Assembly: GCA_947487895.1 (NCBI GenBank)
Contig: CANKYF010000007.1
Location: 12,196 to 76,195 of the forward strand
Length of the DNA stretch: 64,000 bases
Source: an uncultured Flavobacteriaceae bacterium
GTDB taxonomy: Bacteria > Bacteroidota > Bacteroidia > Flavobacteriales > Flavobacteriaceae
Direction of reading: 5' to 3'
Position 1 is the first letter of the stretch, and every line of letters begins with the position of its first letter. The notes beneath the pieces are model-generated. The model had not been told where the DNA came from. It did not search any database and saw nothing but the letters and a program-made list of their open reading frames with translations. Made by a program: the position numbers and the translations under genes. Positions 47,802 through 57,642 of this stretch are shown here, piece by piece.

Positions 47802-48680
47802 TTAATAATACAACTCATCTGTTCTTAAATTTAGAAAGCGTTGTGTTGCGAAATGTGTGCTAATCCATGTAATAACAATGCCTAATCCAAAAATAACTAT
47901 AAATAAAATGCCAACAAGTATGGCGTTGTTCATCAATTCAAGTTCAGGAAATGTTTTGTTTAAGTAATAAAACACGATGGCCATACCAATTAAAGCTAAA
48001 GTAGCTCCAATGATACCTAATCGGATACTTTTCCATATAAAAGGTCTACGTATAAATTGTTTGGTAGCGCCCACCATTTGCATGGTTTTAATAGTAAATC
48101 GTTTAGAGTAAACAGATAAACGCAAAGAACTGTTAATTAAAAGAACAGCTATAACAGTAAATAAGGCACTTATAATTAGTACCCAAAAACTTATTTTTTT
48201 TACGTTGTCATTCATTAGGTTCACAAGGTCATTGTCATAACTTACTTCATCTACAAACTTTTTATTTAGAGCTTCTTCAGATACCGTTTCTAAATGTTCA
48301 GAGGTTACGTAATCTGCTTTTAAATGTACATCAATAGAGTTTTGTAATGGATTGTAGCCTACAAAATCCATAAAATCTTCGCCAGTTTCAGCTTTCATAA
48401 ATTCGGCAGCCTGTTCTTTAGAGACATATTCGGTAGATTTCACATAATCGCTCATCACCAAACTCTTTTCAAGTTGCTTTACTTCTACCTCTTTAGCATT
48501 CTCTTTTAAATAAATAGTTACAACAACTTGTTCTTTAAAATGGTCAGATACTTTTTTAGCATTTAAAAGAATAATACCTAACAACCCCAATAAAAACAAC
48601 ACTAAGGCAATACTTAAAACTACAGAGAAGTAAGAAGAAATAAGTCGGCGTTTTTGTTGTTTGTCGTAGTAAGAACTCAT
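47802..48680 (-). CDS. ftsX: Cell division permease FtsX
   Basis: SVVLSIALVLFLLG, NPL, RFTIKTMQMVGAT..FIRRPF. Confidence 0.92.
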   Translation of the reverse strand: MSSYYDKQQKRRLISSYFSVVLSIALVLFLLGLLGIILLNAKKVSDHFKEQVVVTIYLKENAKEVEVKQLEKSLVMSDYVKSTEYVSKEQAAEFMKAETGEDFMDFVGYNPLQNSIDVHLKADYVTSEHLETVSEEALNKKFVDEVSYDNDLVNLMNDNVKKISFWVLIISALFTVIAVLLINSSLRLSVYSKRFTIKTMQMVGATKQFIRRPFIWKSIRLGIIGATLALIGMAIVFYYLNKTFPELELMNNAILVGILFIVIFGLGIVITWISTHFATQRFLNLRTDELYY

Positions 48681-48794
48681 AACGTTGTTGGATTAATGCA
48701 GTAAAAATATAAAAGAAATATTACTTCCTTAAGTATTACAACGTTTAACTTTTAATAGTGTTATAATAAGTTTAAATTTGCCCATTCAAAATCC

Positions 48795-48821
48795 GTCATT
48801 CCGAGCGAAGCGTGGGAATCT
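48795..48821. repeat. REP-like element gtcattccgagcgaagcgtgggaatct
   Basis: cgtc start; attcc/ggaat and cg-cgaag-cg arms. Confidence 0.75.
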
Positions 48822-48848
48822 GTTTAATTAAAAGATAGATGTTTAGAA

Positions 48849-48896
48849 AGATTGGCACAATCATCTCGATTACTATCGAGACTCATTCGCAATGAC
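48849..48896. repeat. REP-like partner (agattg...tcgcaatgaca) with an internal perfect hairpin
   Basis: Ends match 24290-24323; inner tctcgat-tact-atcgaga at 48864-48881. Confidence 0.6.
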
Positions 48897-48915
48897 AAAA
48901 GGAATTTACAAAAAA

Positions 48916-51900
48916 ATGAAATACAATTTCAACGAGATAGAAGCCAAATGGCAAAAATATTGGGCAGATAACCAAACGTTTAAAGCCGAAAACAATAGTG
49001 ATAAACCTAAGTATTACGTGTTAGATATGTTCCCTTACCCAAGTGGGGCAGGATTACATGTTGGGCATCCGTTGGGATATATAGCTTCAGATATTTATGC
49101 GCGCTACAAACGTCATAAAGGGTTTAATGTATTACATCCGCAAGGGTATGATTCTTTTGGCTTGCCTGCTGAGCAGTATGCTATTCAAACTGGTCAACAC
49201 CCTGCAATTACTACAAAAGAAAATATTGCAACCTATCGTCGTCAGTTAGATCAAATTGGTTTTTCGTTTGATTGGTCTCGTGAAGTACGCACATCAGATC
49301 CTAAATATTATAAATGGACGCAATGGGTATTTATTCAATTATTTGAATCTTGGTTTAACTACAATTCTAATAAAGCCGAAGACATTTCAGAATTAATAAA
49401 AATATTTGAAGCTGAAGGAAATATAAATGTGAATGCTGCTTGTGATGATGATATTGAGATATTTACTGCTGAAGACTGGAAAAGCTATTCTTCTGAAAGA
49501 CAACAAGAAATTTTATTACAATATAGATTAACATATTTAGCCGAAACTGAAGTAAACTGGTGTCCAGCTTTAGGAACTGTGTTAGCTAATGATGAAATAA
49601 TAAATGGCGTTTCTGAACGAGGAGGGCATCCTGTGGTTAGAAAGAAAATGACGCAGTGGAGTATGCGTATTTCGGCATATGCAGAACGTTTATTACAAGG
49701 ATTAGATACGGTTGATTGGACAGATTCTTTGAAAGAAAGTCAACGTAATTGGATTGGAAAATCTGTTGGGGCATCAGTAACTTTCAATGTGATTCCTAAT
49801 ACGGTGGCTGAGGCTCTCGAAGACAAAACAGGCAAGAGCACTTCGAGTGCCTCAGTGCCCAATTATAGCATAGAAGTATTCACAACCCGACCTGATACTA
49901 TTTTTGGGGTAAGTTTTATGACTTTAGCGCCAGAACACGATTTAGTGTCTAAAATTACAACATCAGAGCAAAAAGCAGAAGTTGAGGCCTATGTTGAAGC
50001 AACTTCTAAACGTAGTGAGCGTGATAGAATGGCAGATGTGAAAAGCATTTCGGGTGTGTTTACAGGGGCTTATGCAGAACATCCGTTTACCAAAGAGCCA
50101 GTTCAAATCTGGATTGGGGATTACGTATTAGCCAGCTACGGAACTGGAGCCGTTATGGCGGTACCATGTGGAGACCAACGTGATTGGGATTTTGCGAAGC
50201 ATTTTAATATTCCTATTCCTAATATTTTTGAAGGGGTAGATATTTCTGAAGGCGCTTTTGCAGATAAAGACAAAACCGTTATTTCGAACAGTGATTTCTT
50301 AAACGGATTGAACTATAAAAAAGCAACCAAACGCGCTATTTACGAATTAGAGCAAATTGGTCAAGGCGAAGGAAAAACTAATTACCGTCTACGTGACGCA
50401 GTATTTAGTCGTCAGCGTTATTGGGGAGAGCCGTTTCCTGTGTATTATGTGAATGGGATGCCACAAATGATTGATGCTGAACACTTGCCAATAGAACTGC
50501 CTGAAGTTGAAAAATATTTACCAACCGAAACGGGTGAGCCGCCATTAGGAAATGCAACTGTTTGGGCTTGGGATACCGAATCTAATTCAGTAGTTGCAAA
50601 TGAAAAAATTGATAATAAAACTGTTTTTCCTCTTGAGTTAAATACCATGCCAGGGTGGGCAGGAAGTTCGCAGTACTTTAATCGTTACATGGATCCTAAT
50701 AATGAGGATGCTATTTTCTCTAAAGAAGCCATTGATTATTGGCAACAGGTAGATTTGTACATAGGTGGTTCAGAACATGCAACAGGACACTTATTATACT
50801 CTCGTTTTTGGCAAAAGTTTATGTTTGATAAGGGTTATGTGAACCATGATGAATTTGCTAAAAAGCTGATTAACCAAGGGATGATTTTGGGGACTAGTGC
50901 TTTTGTGTTTAGATTGACTTTAATGTGGCAGGATACCATACACCATAAAGGGAGTAGAGAGTATTTGGAAGATTTAAGCAGTTCCTTTCCAACTATTTTA
51001 TGCTCCACTGATATTTATCAAAAATACTTTAGTGAAGAGTTATCTTTATTCGACCTAAATGAAAAATATGATTTACCAAAATTAGATTCTTTTATTAACA
51101 ACGTTGACACTAATGAGGTTGACTTGTATAAATTGTCTTTTGGTGAGAATATGATTCATGCAGATGTAGCTCTTGTAAACTTATCCAATGAATTGGATAT
51201 TGAAGCTTTCAAAAGTTGGAGGCCAGAATTTGCAGATGCAGATGTTATCTTAGAAGATAATGGAACATATAAGGTTTATCGAGACGTTGAAAAAATGTCC
51301 AAGTCTAAATACAACGTAGTAAACCCAGACAATATCTGTGAAGAATACGGAGCAGATAGTTTACGATTGTACGAAATGTTTTTAGGGCCATTAGAGCAAT
51401 ACAAACCTTGGAATACATCTGGTATTACAGGTGTTCATGGATTCTTAAAGAAACTTTGGAAATTGTATTTTGATGATAATGGGTTGAAAGTAACCGATGC
51501 AAAATCTACAAAAGACAACCTAAAAACACTTCATAAAACCATTAAAAAGGTACAAGAAGATATTGAGAATTTCTCATTTAATACGTCTGTGTCAACCTTT
51601 ATGATTGCAGTGAATGAACTTACGGCTCAAAAGTGTACATCAAAAGAGATACTTGAACCACTATTAATCTTAATATCACCTTATGCACCTCATATTGCAG
51701 AGGAATTATGGAATGCTTTAGAAAATTCAGAATCAATTTCTACTGCAGCATTTCCGGAGTTTGATGAAAGTCATTTGGTAGAGAGTAGTAAAAACTATCC
51801 TATTTCATTTAATGGGAAAATGCGTTTTACTATGGAGTTACCATTAGACATGAGTAAAGATGATATTGAAGCTGCGGTTATGGCACACGAAAAAACGCAA

Positions 51901-51972
51901 GACCAATTAAAAGGGCGTACCCCTAAAAAGGTGATTGTAGTACCTGGTAAGATTGTGAATGTTGTAGGTTAG
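48916..51972 (+). CDS. leuS: Leucine--tRNA ligase (start moved to ATG 48916; the track's ATG lies in a REP)
   Basis: MFPYPSGAGLHVGH, FTTRPDT, SRQRYWG, YIGGSEHA, KMSKSK. Confidence 0.98.
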   Translation: MKYNFNEIEAKWQKYWADNQTFKAENNSDKPKYYVLDMFPYPSGAGLHVGHPLGYIASDIYARYKRHKGFNVLHPQGYDSFGLPAEQYAIQTGQHPAITTKENIATYRRQLDQIGFSFDWSREVRTSDPKYYKWTQWVFIQLFESWFNYNSNKAEDISELIKIFEAEGNINVNAACDDDIEIFTAEDWKSYSSERQQEILLQYRLTYLAETEVNWCPALGTVLANDEIINGVSERGGHPVVRKKMTQWSMRISAYAERLLQGLDTVDWTDSLKESQRNWIGKSVGASVTFNVIPNTVAEALEDKTGKSTSSASVPNYSIEVFTTRPDTIFGVSFMTLAPEHDLVSKITTSEQKAEVEAYVEATSKRSERDRMADVKSISGVFTGAYAEHPFTKEPVQIWIGDYVLASYGTGAVMAVPCGDQRDWDFAKHFNIPIPNIFEGVDISEGAFADKDKTVISNSDFLNGLNYKKATKRAIYELEQIGQGEGKTNYRLRDAVFSRQRYWGEPFPVYYVNGMPQMIDAEHLPIELPEVEKYLPTETGEPPLGNATVWAWDTESNSVVANEKIDNKTVFPLELNTMPGWAGSSQYFNRYMDPNNEDAIFSKEAIDYWQQVDLYIGGSEHATGHLLYSRFWQKFMFDKGYVNHDEFAKKLINQGMILGTSAFVFRLTLMWQDTIHHKGSREYLEDLSSSFPTILCSTDIYQKYFSEELSLFDLNEKYDLPKLDSFINNVDTNEVDLYKLSFGENMIHADVALVNLSNELDIEAFKSWRPEFADADVILEDNGTYKVYRDVEKMSKSKYNVVNPDNICEEYGADSLRLYEMFLGPLEQYKPWNTSGITGVHGFLKKLWKLYFDDNGLKVTDAKSTKDNLKTLHKTIKKVQEDIENFSFNTSVSTFMIAVNELTAQKCTSKEILEPLLILISPYAPHIAEELWNALENSESISTAAFPEFDESHLVESSKNYPISFNGKMRFTMELPLDMSKDDIEAAVMAHEKTQDQLKGRTPKKVIVVPGKIVNVVG
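49803..49859. repeat. Inverted REP doublet inside the leuS reading frame
   Basis: ggtggctgaggctctcgaag (49803-49822) and cacttcgagtgcctcagtgcc (49839-49859); same family as intergenic 32218-32266. Confidence 0.85.
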
Positions 51973-52016
51973 TATTATTAAAAAAATACGACCATTAGCC
52001 TATTAAAAGAAATATT

Positions 52017-52415
52017 ATGATTGAAACGGGAATAATATCAAAAACAAGTACTTTAGATTTTGACTCAACATATAAAAAGTTAAAGAGTGTAATAGAAAAT
52101 AATCCAAACTTAAAAATTATTGCAGAGCTAAACCACCAAGCTAATGCCGATTCAGTTGGTTTAGATTTGAACCCTACTCGTATTATTATGTTCGGTAACC
52201 CCAAATTAGGGACGCCTTTAATGCAAAATTCCCAAACTGCAGGTCTAGATTTACCCCAAAAAATATTGGTGAACCAAAATAATGAAGGTATAGTAACAAT
52301 ATCTTATAACAACCCTTTATATTTAAAGAGCAGACATAGTATTACCAATCAAGAAGCTGTTTTAGATAAAATATCAGGAGCGTTAGATAACATTACAAAT
52401 GCAGCAATATCATAA
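52017..52415 (+). CDS. DUF302-domain protein
   Basis: IAELNHQANA, IMFGNPKLGTPLM, AGLDLPQKILV. Confidence 0.85.
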   Translation: MIETGIISKTSTLDFDSTYKKLKSVIENNPNLKIIAELNHQANADSVGLDLNPTRIIMFGNPKLGTPLMQNSQTAGLDLPQKILVNQNNEGIVTISYNNPLYLKSRHSITNQEAVLDKISGALDNITNAAIS

Positions 52416-52552
52416 TAAACCAATATGTGTTTTGAAACAAAACCCTTTTTGGTATTGTAATATACTGTCTCAATAATTATCTAAATAGAATTACAATTAT
52501 CTGTTATTAAACTTGTAGAAGTAAAGGCAGAAATTCATTTAAATTGTTTAAT

Positions 52553-52831
52553 ATGGAAGGGTTTAATATAGACTACATTGAAATTATAGGATTAATAGCT
52601 GCTGTATTAACAACAACAGCTTTTCTACCTCAAGCTTATAAAACCTGGAAAACAAAAGATGTATCTTCTTTATCGCTTACTATGTTACTCATCTTTTTTA
52701 TAGGTATTTTGTTTTGGCTTGCTTATGGTATCTTAGAAAAAAGCTTGTCAATGATTTTGGCTAATTCTATCACTATTATTTCTTCTTTTTTATTAGTGTA
52801 TTTCAAGATTAAATACGGTAAGCAGTCATAG
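52553..52831 (+). CDS. SemiSWEET (PQ-loop) transporter (start about 52553)
   Basis: GLIAAVLTTTAFLPQ, SLSL, WLAYG, ILANSIT. Confidence 0.9.
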   Translation: MEGFNIDYIEIIGLIAAVLTTTAFLPQAYKTWKTKDVSSLSLTMLLIFFIGILFWLAYGILEKSLSMILANSITIISSFLLVYFKIKYGKQS

Positions 52832-53045
52832 TATTTATATAATTCTAATGTCTTTTTTTGTATTTGTTTAAATTGAATTATCTGTAATTAATTCCTATTA
52901 AATCTATATGATTTATATTATTCATAAATAAATGTTAATTCTAATAAATATTATTTAACAATAATAGTTTTTAAGTGTTTTTTTTCAATTGATTGTTTTA
53001 AATTTGTAGCCGTTTTAAAGAATGACTTAAAAATTATAGATGATT

Positions 53046-54146
53046 ATGAAGATTGGAGTGCCTATTGAAATTAAAAATAATGAAAATCGTGTTGGTATGA
53101 CACCTTCAGGGGTTTTCGATTTGACAAAAAGAAACCATACGGTTTATGTGCAGAAAGATGCTGGTTTTGGAAGTGGTTTTTTTGATGAGGATTATGTGAG
53201 TGCAGGAGCAACTATTCTTGATACTATTGAAGAGGTCTATGCAGCAGCAGATATGATTGTGAAAGTTAAAGAACCTATTGAAAAGGAATATACTTTAATT
53301 AAACCACACCATGTAGTATTTACCTATTTTCATTTTGCATCTAGCGAAGTTTTAACCAAAGCTATGATAGATAGCAAAGCAGTTTGTATTGCTTATGAAA
53401 CGGTTGAGGCAGAGGATGGCTCTTTACCATTATTAGTGCCAATGTCTGAAGTAGCAGGTAGAATGTCTATTCAGCAAGGAGCAAAGTATTTAGAAAAACC
53501 AATTAAAGGACGAGGCATTCTATTAGGAGGCGTGCCTGGTGTGCCACCAGCTAAAGTTTTAGTATTAGGAGCAGGAATTGTAGGATATCAAGCAGCTAAA
53601 ATGGCAGCAGGGTTAGGCGCTTATGTAATTATTATGGATATTAATATGAAAGCCTTGCGTTATGTAAGTGATTCAATGCCTAATAATGTGATAAGTGAAT
53701 TTTCAAGTGAATATAATATAAGAAGACATATTAAAGATGCCGATTTAATTATTGGAGGTGTACTGATTAAAGGTGCAAAAGCACCTAAATTAATCACTAA
53801 AGATATGTTGAAAGATATGCGCCCAGGAACTGTGGTTGTAGATGTTGCTGTAGATCAAGGCGGGTGTTTTGAAACTACCAAACCAACAACGCATGAAGAG
53901 CCAACTTATATCATTGATGATGTAGTACATTATAGTGTTGCTAATATGCCTGGAGCAGTACCTTATACATCAACAATGGCACTTACAAATGTAACATTAC
54001 CTTATGTTATTAAGCTAGCAGACCAAGGTTGGGAAAAAGCTTGTGCAAATAATGACTCATTAGCAAAAGGCTTAAATGTTGTTAATGGTAAAATTGTATA
54101 TAAAGAAATAGCAGAAGCTTTCGATTTAGAATTTGAGATGGTTTAG
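53046..54146 (+). CDS. ald: Alanine dehydrogenase (alternative ATG at 53040)
   Basis: KIGVP.EIKNNENRV, VKVKEP, MSEVAGR, VDVAVDQGG, VANMPGAVP. Confidence 0.97.
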   Translation: MKIGVPIEIKNNENRVGMTPSGVFDLTKRNHTVYVQKDAGFGSGFFDEDYVSAGATILDTIEEVYAAADMIVKVKEPIEKEYTLIKPHHVVFTYFHFASSEVLTKAMIDSKAVCIAYETVEAEDGSLPLLVPMSEVAGRMSIQQGAKYLEKPIKGRGILLGGVPGVPPAKVLVLGAGIVGYQAAKMAAGLGAYVIIMDINMKALRYVSDSMPNNVISEFSSEYNIRRHIKDADLIIGGVLIKGAKAPKLITKDMLKDMRPGTVVVDVAVDQGGCFETTKPTTHEEPTYIIDDVVHYSVANMPGAVPYTSTMALTNVTLPYVIKLADQGWEKACANNDSLAKGLNVVNGKIVYKEIAEAFDLEFEMV

Positions 54147-54172
54147 TAAAATTCGAGTTGATTAATAGCGTG

Positions 54173-54218
54173 AAAGACCCTGATAAATCTAAATTAAGAT
54201 TTTCAGGGTCTTTTTTTT
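54173..54218 (+). terminator. Intrinsic terminator after ald
   Basis: aaagaccctga ... tcagggtctttttttt. Confidence 0.85.
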
Positions 54219-54289
54219 CTGTCAAAATTTCAGAATTATAAATGTGGTGTAATTATTGCTATATTTATAAAAAAATAGAACTAAATATT

Positions 54290-55000
54290 ATGATGACAGG
54301 ATATACAGGTTATTATATACTTATAGGAGCAATTTCATTAGTAAGTTGGTTGGTAAGTAATCAATTAAAAAGAAAATTTAAAAAGTACTCACAAGTACAT
54401 TTACGTAATGGCATGAGCGGAGCAGAAGTGGCTGAGAAAATGTTAGCGGATCATGGTATTACAGATGTTCAGGTAATTTCTACCAGAGGACAATTAACAG
54501 ATCATTATAATCCAAAAAATAAAACAGTTAATTTAAGTGAAGCTGTTTATGCTCAAAGAAATGCTGCAGCAGCAGCAGTTGCAGCACATGAAGTTGGTCA
54601 TGCAGTACAGCATGCTACAGCTTATCAATATTTAACTATGCGTTCTAAATTAGTACCTGTAGTGCAAATTACTTCTAGCATGTCTCAATGGGTAGTTTTT
54701 GGTGGCATAGCTTTAATGGCTTCAAATGCTATTGGAGGAATGGGATATTGGGTAGCAATTGCTGGTTTAGTAATGATGAGTTTTGCAACCTTGTTTAGTG
54801 TTATTACATTACCGGTAGAGTATGACGCTAGTAATAGAGCTTTAGCTTGGTTAAAAAATAAACACATTGTAACTCCAGAAGAGTATAAAGGTTCTGAGGA
54901 TGCTTTAAAATGGGCAGCAAGAACTTATTTAGTGGCTGCAATTGGAGCTATTGCTTCATTGCTATATTGGGCATTGCAAGTTTTTGGTAATAGAAGATAA
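54290..55000 (+). CDS. Membrane zinc metallopeptidase (YugP-like; start about 54290)
   Basis: LTDHYNP, AAHEVGHAVQH, TLPVEYDAS.RA, AARTY. Confidence 0.92.
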   Translation: MMTGYTGYYILIGAISLVSWLVSNQLKRKFKKYSQVHLRNGMSGAEVAEKMLADHGITDVQVISTRGQLTDHYNPKNKTVNLSEAVYAQRNAAAAAVAAHEVGHAVQHATAYQYLTMRSKLVPVVQITSSMSQWVVFGGIALMASNAIGGMGYWVAIAGLVMMSFATLFSVITLPVEYDASNRALAWLKNKHIVTPEEYKGSEDALKWAARTYLVAAIGAIASLLYWALQVFGNRR

Positions 55001-55025
55001 CAGTTAAAAAGTATATAACATAATT

Positions 55026-55739
55026 ATGAATGAATTTAACGAAAACCAAGTGCAAACAAGAGCACTAGTTAGCCATTTAACTAATGAAGAACAAGTAGCT
55101 TTTTATAAAAGAACGTATTCTCATGTAGCTGGTGGAGTATTAGTATTTATTATTTTTGAATACTTATTATTGCAAAGCGATGTTATAGTTAATTTTATGC
55201 TATCAATGATAGATGGGTGGCGATGGTTAATTATGTTAGGTGGCTTTATGTTCATTACAAACTATGCAGAAAGTATGGCGCTTAAAACTCCTGATAAGAA
55301 CAAACAATATTTAGCTTATGGACTTTACATTTTAGCTGAGGCGTTTATCTTTTTACCATTAATTTATATAGCGATTGCTTATACTGAAAATTTTGATTTA
55401 TTAAATCAAGCAGCTATAGTCACATTAGCGTTGTTTACGGGATTATCTGCTATTGTTTTTGTTACTAAAAAGGATTTTTCATTTTTAAAAGCTGGTTTAA
55501 CCGTTGGTTTTTTTATTGCTTTAGGCTTAATCCTTGCGGGAACATTGTTTGGGTTTAACCTTGGTCTTTGGTTTTCTGTAGGTATGTGCATTTTAGCAGC
55601 AGGGTCAATTTTATATCAAACATCAAATTTAATTCATAAGTATTCAAGTGAGCAATATATTCCAGCAGCTCTTGGGTTGTTTGCAGCATTAATGTTGTTG
55701 TTCTGGTATGTCTTAAGAATATTTATGTCTAGAGACTAA
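55026..55739 (+). CDS. Bax inhibitor-1/YccA-family membrane protein
   Basis: FYKRTYSHV, about 7 TM helices, ILYQTS, ALGLFA. Confidence 0.88.
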   Translation: MNEFNENQVQTRALVSHLTNEEQVAFYKRTYSHVAGGVLVFIIFEYLLLQSDVIVNFMLSMIDGWRWLIMLGGFMFITNYAESMALKTPDKNKQYLAYGLYILAEAFIFLPLIYIAIAYTENFDLLNQAAIVTLALFTGLSAIVFVTKKDFSFLKAGLTVGFFIALGLILAGTLFGFNLGLWFSVGMCILAAGSILYQTSNLIHKYSSEQYIPAALGLFAALMLLFWYVLRIFMSRD

Positions 55740-55760
55740 ATTTTAAATAATATTAATTTG

Positions 55761-55786
55761 AAAAGCTCTGGATTATCAGAGCTTTT
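55761..55786 (+). terminator. Intrinsic terminator
   Basis: aaaagctctg-gattat-cagagctttt. Confidence 0.8.
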
Positions 55787-55799
55787 TCTTTGTTTTCAT

Positions 55800-57569
55800 A
55801 TGAATACTCCAAATACTTATTATAAAGAACATCTAGCTAAATATAATACCGAAGCTAAGAGTTGCCAGAAAAAAATGGTTAGCTTGAGTTTAGTGCGTTT
55901 ATTAGTATTTATTGTAACTGTTCTTGGAATATATTTTTCGTTTAATACTTGGCAATTAGCTACTGGTATAGGTATAGTTGGTATTGTAGTTTTTGTTAAG
56001 CTACTTTCAAAATATACAGATATTAAACAGAATAAGGCTTTTTATGAGGCGCTTGTAAAGATTAATGAAGATGAATTAAAAATAGCTTCGGGAGATTTTC
56101 ATGATAGACAAAGTGGAACTCAATTTCAAGACCCTTCTCATTTTTATAGTTTAGATATAGATTTATTTGGACGTGGTTCTTTCTTTCAGTTTATAAATAG
56201 AACAACTATAAAAGAAGGAACAGAGTTACTTTCAGAATTGTTAAAAGTTAACAATATTGAAGGAATTCCAAAGAGACAAGAAGCAATAAAAGAATTAGGT
56301 AATCATCAGGAATGGCGTCAACATTACTCCGCTACTTCAAGTTTGGTATCGGTTGAAACCCCAGCAAAAGATATAATTAGTTGGCTTAAAACCTATAAAA
56401 CGTTTTTGCCAAAAGGAATGAAGTGGTTACCAATAGCCTTTACAGTTACTACTGTTATGTTATTGGTACTTACTTTTTTCAATCTTATTGATGTATCTAT
56501 AGTGGGTTATTGGTTATTTATTGGTTTAGCGGTTACGGGTAAATATGTCAAAAAAATCAATCTATTATCTCATAAAACCGATAAAGTTAAAGATACCTTC
56601 AGGCAATACAGCCTATTATTAAAATTGATTGAAGATGCGTCTTTTCAATCTGAACTTTTAAAAGAAAAACAAAATCAGATTAAGTCTAATGACAAGAAGG
56701 CGTCAGTTATTTTTAAAGAACTTTCAAAGGCATTAGATGCTTTAGATAATAGAAATAATATTATAGGTGCTATTTTTGGAAACGGTTACTTTTTAACAGA
56801 CATAAAAAATAGTTACAACATTGAAAGATGGATAAGCAATTATGCTCATAAAGTAGAAGATTGGTTTGAAGTAGTGTCTTTTTTTGATGCTTATAACTCT
56901 TTAGGAAACTATGCCTATAATCACCCTGAGTTTAATTATCCTAAAATTACAGATGAACCAACAGTTATTAAAGCAGAAAAATTAGGACATCCATTACTAG
57001 ATAAAAACAAACGAGTTGATAGTGATTTAGTAATAGATAATGAACAATTTTTTATTGTTACTGGAGCTAACATGGCAGGAAAAAGTACGTTTTTAAGAAC
57101 AGTGTCTTTGCATATTGTTATGGCAAATATAGGTTTACCTTTATGTGCGGAATCTAGCAATTATAATCCTGTTAAACTAATTACTAGCATGCGAACTACA
57201 GATTCTTTAACAGATGATAGTTCGTATTTCTTTTCAGAATTAACTAGATTAAAATTTATTGTAGATACTATAGTAAAAGAATCTTATTTTATAATTTTAG
57301 ATGAAATTTTAAAAGGAACTAATAGTACCGATAAAGCCATTGGATCTAAGAAATTTGTTGAAAAACTTGTTGCCTCAAATGCTACAGGTATCATAGCAAC
57401 ACATGATTTAAGTTTATGTGAGATTGAAGATGAATTACAAGATGTGAAAAACTATTATTTTGATGCCGAAATAATTAATGATGAACTTCATTTTGATTAT
57501 AAACTAAAGCAAGGTGTTTGCCAGAATATGAACGCCTCATTCCTTCTTAAGAAAATGGAAATAGTCTAA
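55800..57569 (+). CDS. Membrane-anchored MutS-domain-V ATPase (start moved to ATG 55800)
   Basis: N-terminal TM pairs; VTGANMAGKSTFLRT, LDEILKGTNS, ATHDL. Confidence 0.9.
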   Translation: MNTPNTYYKEHLAKYNTEAKSCQKKMVSLSLVRLLVFIVTVLGIYFSFNTWQLATGIGIVGIVVFVKLLSKYTDIKQNKAFYEALVKINEDELKIASGDFHDRQSGTQFQDPSHFYSLDIDLFGRGSFFQFINRTTIKEGTELLSELLKVNNIEGIPKRQEAIKELGNHQEWRQHYSATSSLVSVETPAKDIISWLKTYKTFLPKGMKWLPIAFTVTTVMLLVLTFFNLIDVSIVGYWLFIGLAVTGKYVKKINLLSHKTDKVKDTFRQYSLLLKLIEDASFQSELLKEKQNQIKSNDKKASVIFKELSKALDALDNRNNIIGAIFGNGYFLTDIKNSYNIERWISNYAHKVEDWFEVVSFFDAYNSLGNYAYNHPEFNYPKITDEPTVIKAEKLGHPLLDKNKRVDSDLVIDNEQFFIVTGANMAGKSTFLRTVSLHIVMANIGLPLCAESSNYNPVKLITSMRTTDSLTDDSSYFFSELTRLKFIVDTIVKESYFIILDEILKGTNSTDKAIGSKKFVEKLVASNATGIIATHDLSLCEIEDELQDVKNYYFDAEIINDELHFDYKLKQGVCQNMNASFLLKKMEIV

Positions 57570-57642
57570 CCATTTTATTTTATATGTGACCAGTTTTAAT
57601 TCTAGTTGTCTAAACAATATGACGAATAGAATTTTAAGAAAT

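Noticed and set aside
48892-48915. LeuS N-terminal extension MTKGIYKK
   Set aside because: The ATG comes from the aatgac end of a REP; MKYNF at 48916 is the typical start
50914-51153. Intein or self-splicing intron in leuS
   Set aside because: No C/S...HN-C/S/T splice motifs, no endonuclease motif, and the frame is continuous
52017-52415. DUF302 gene as a truncated pseudogene
   Set aside because: The domain looks complete and no upstream fragment or frameshift is visible
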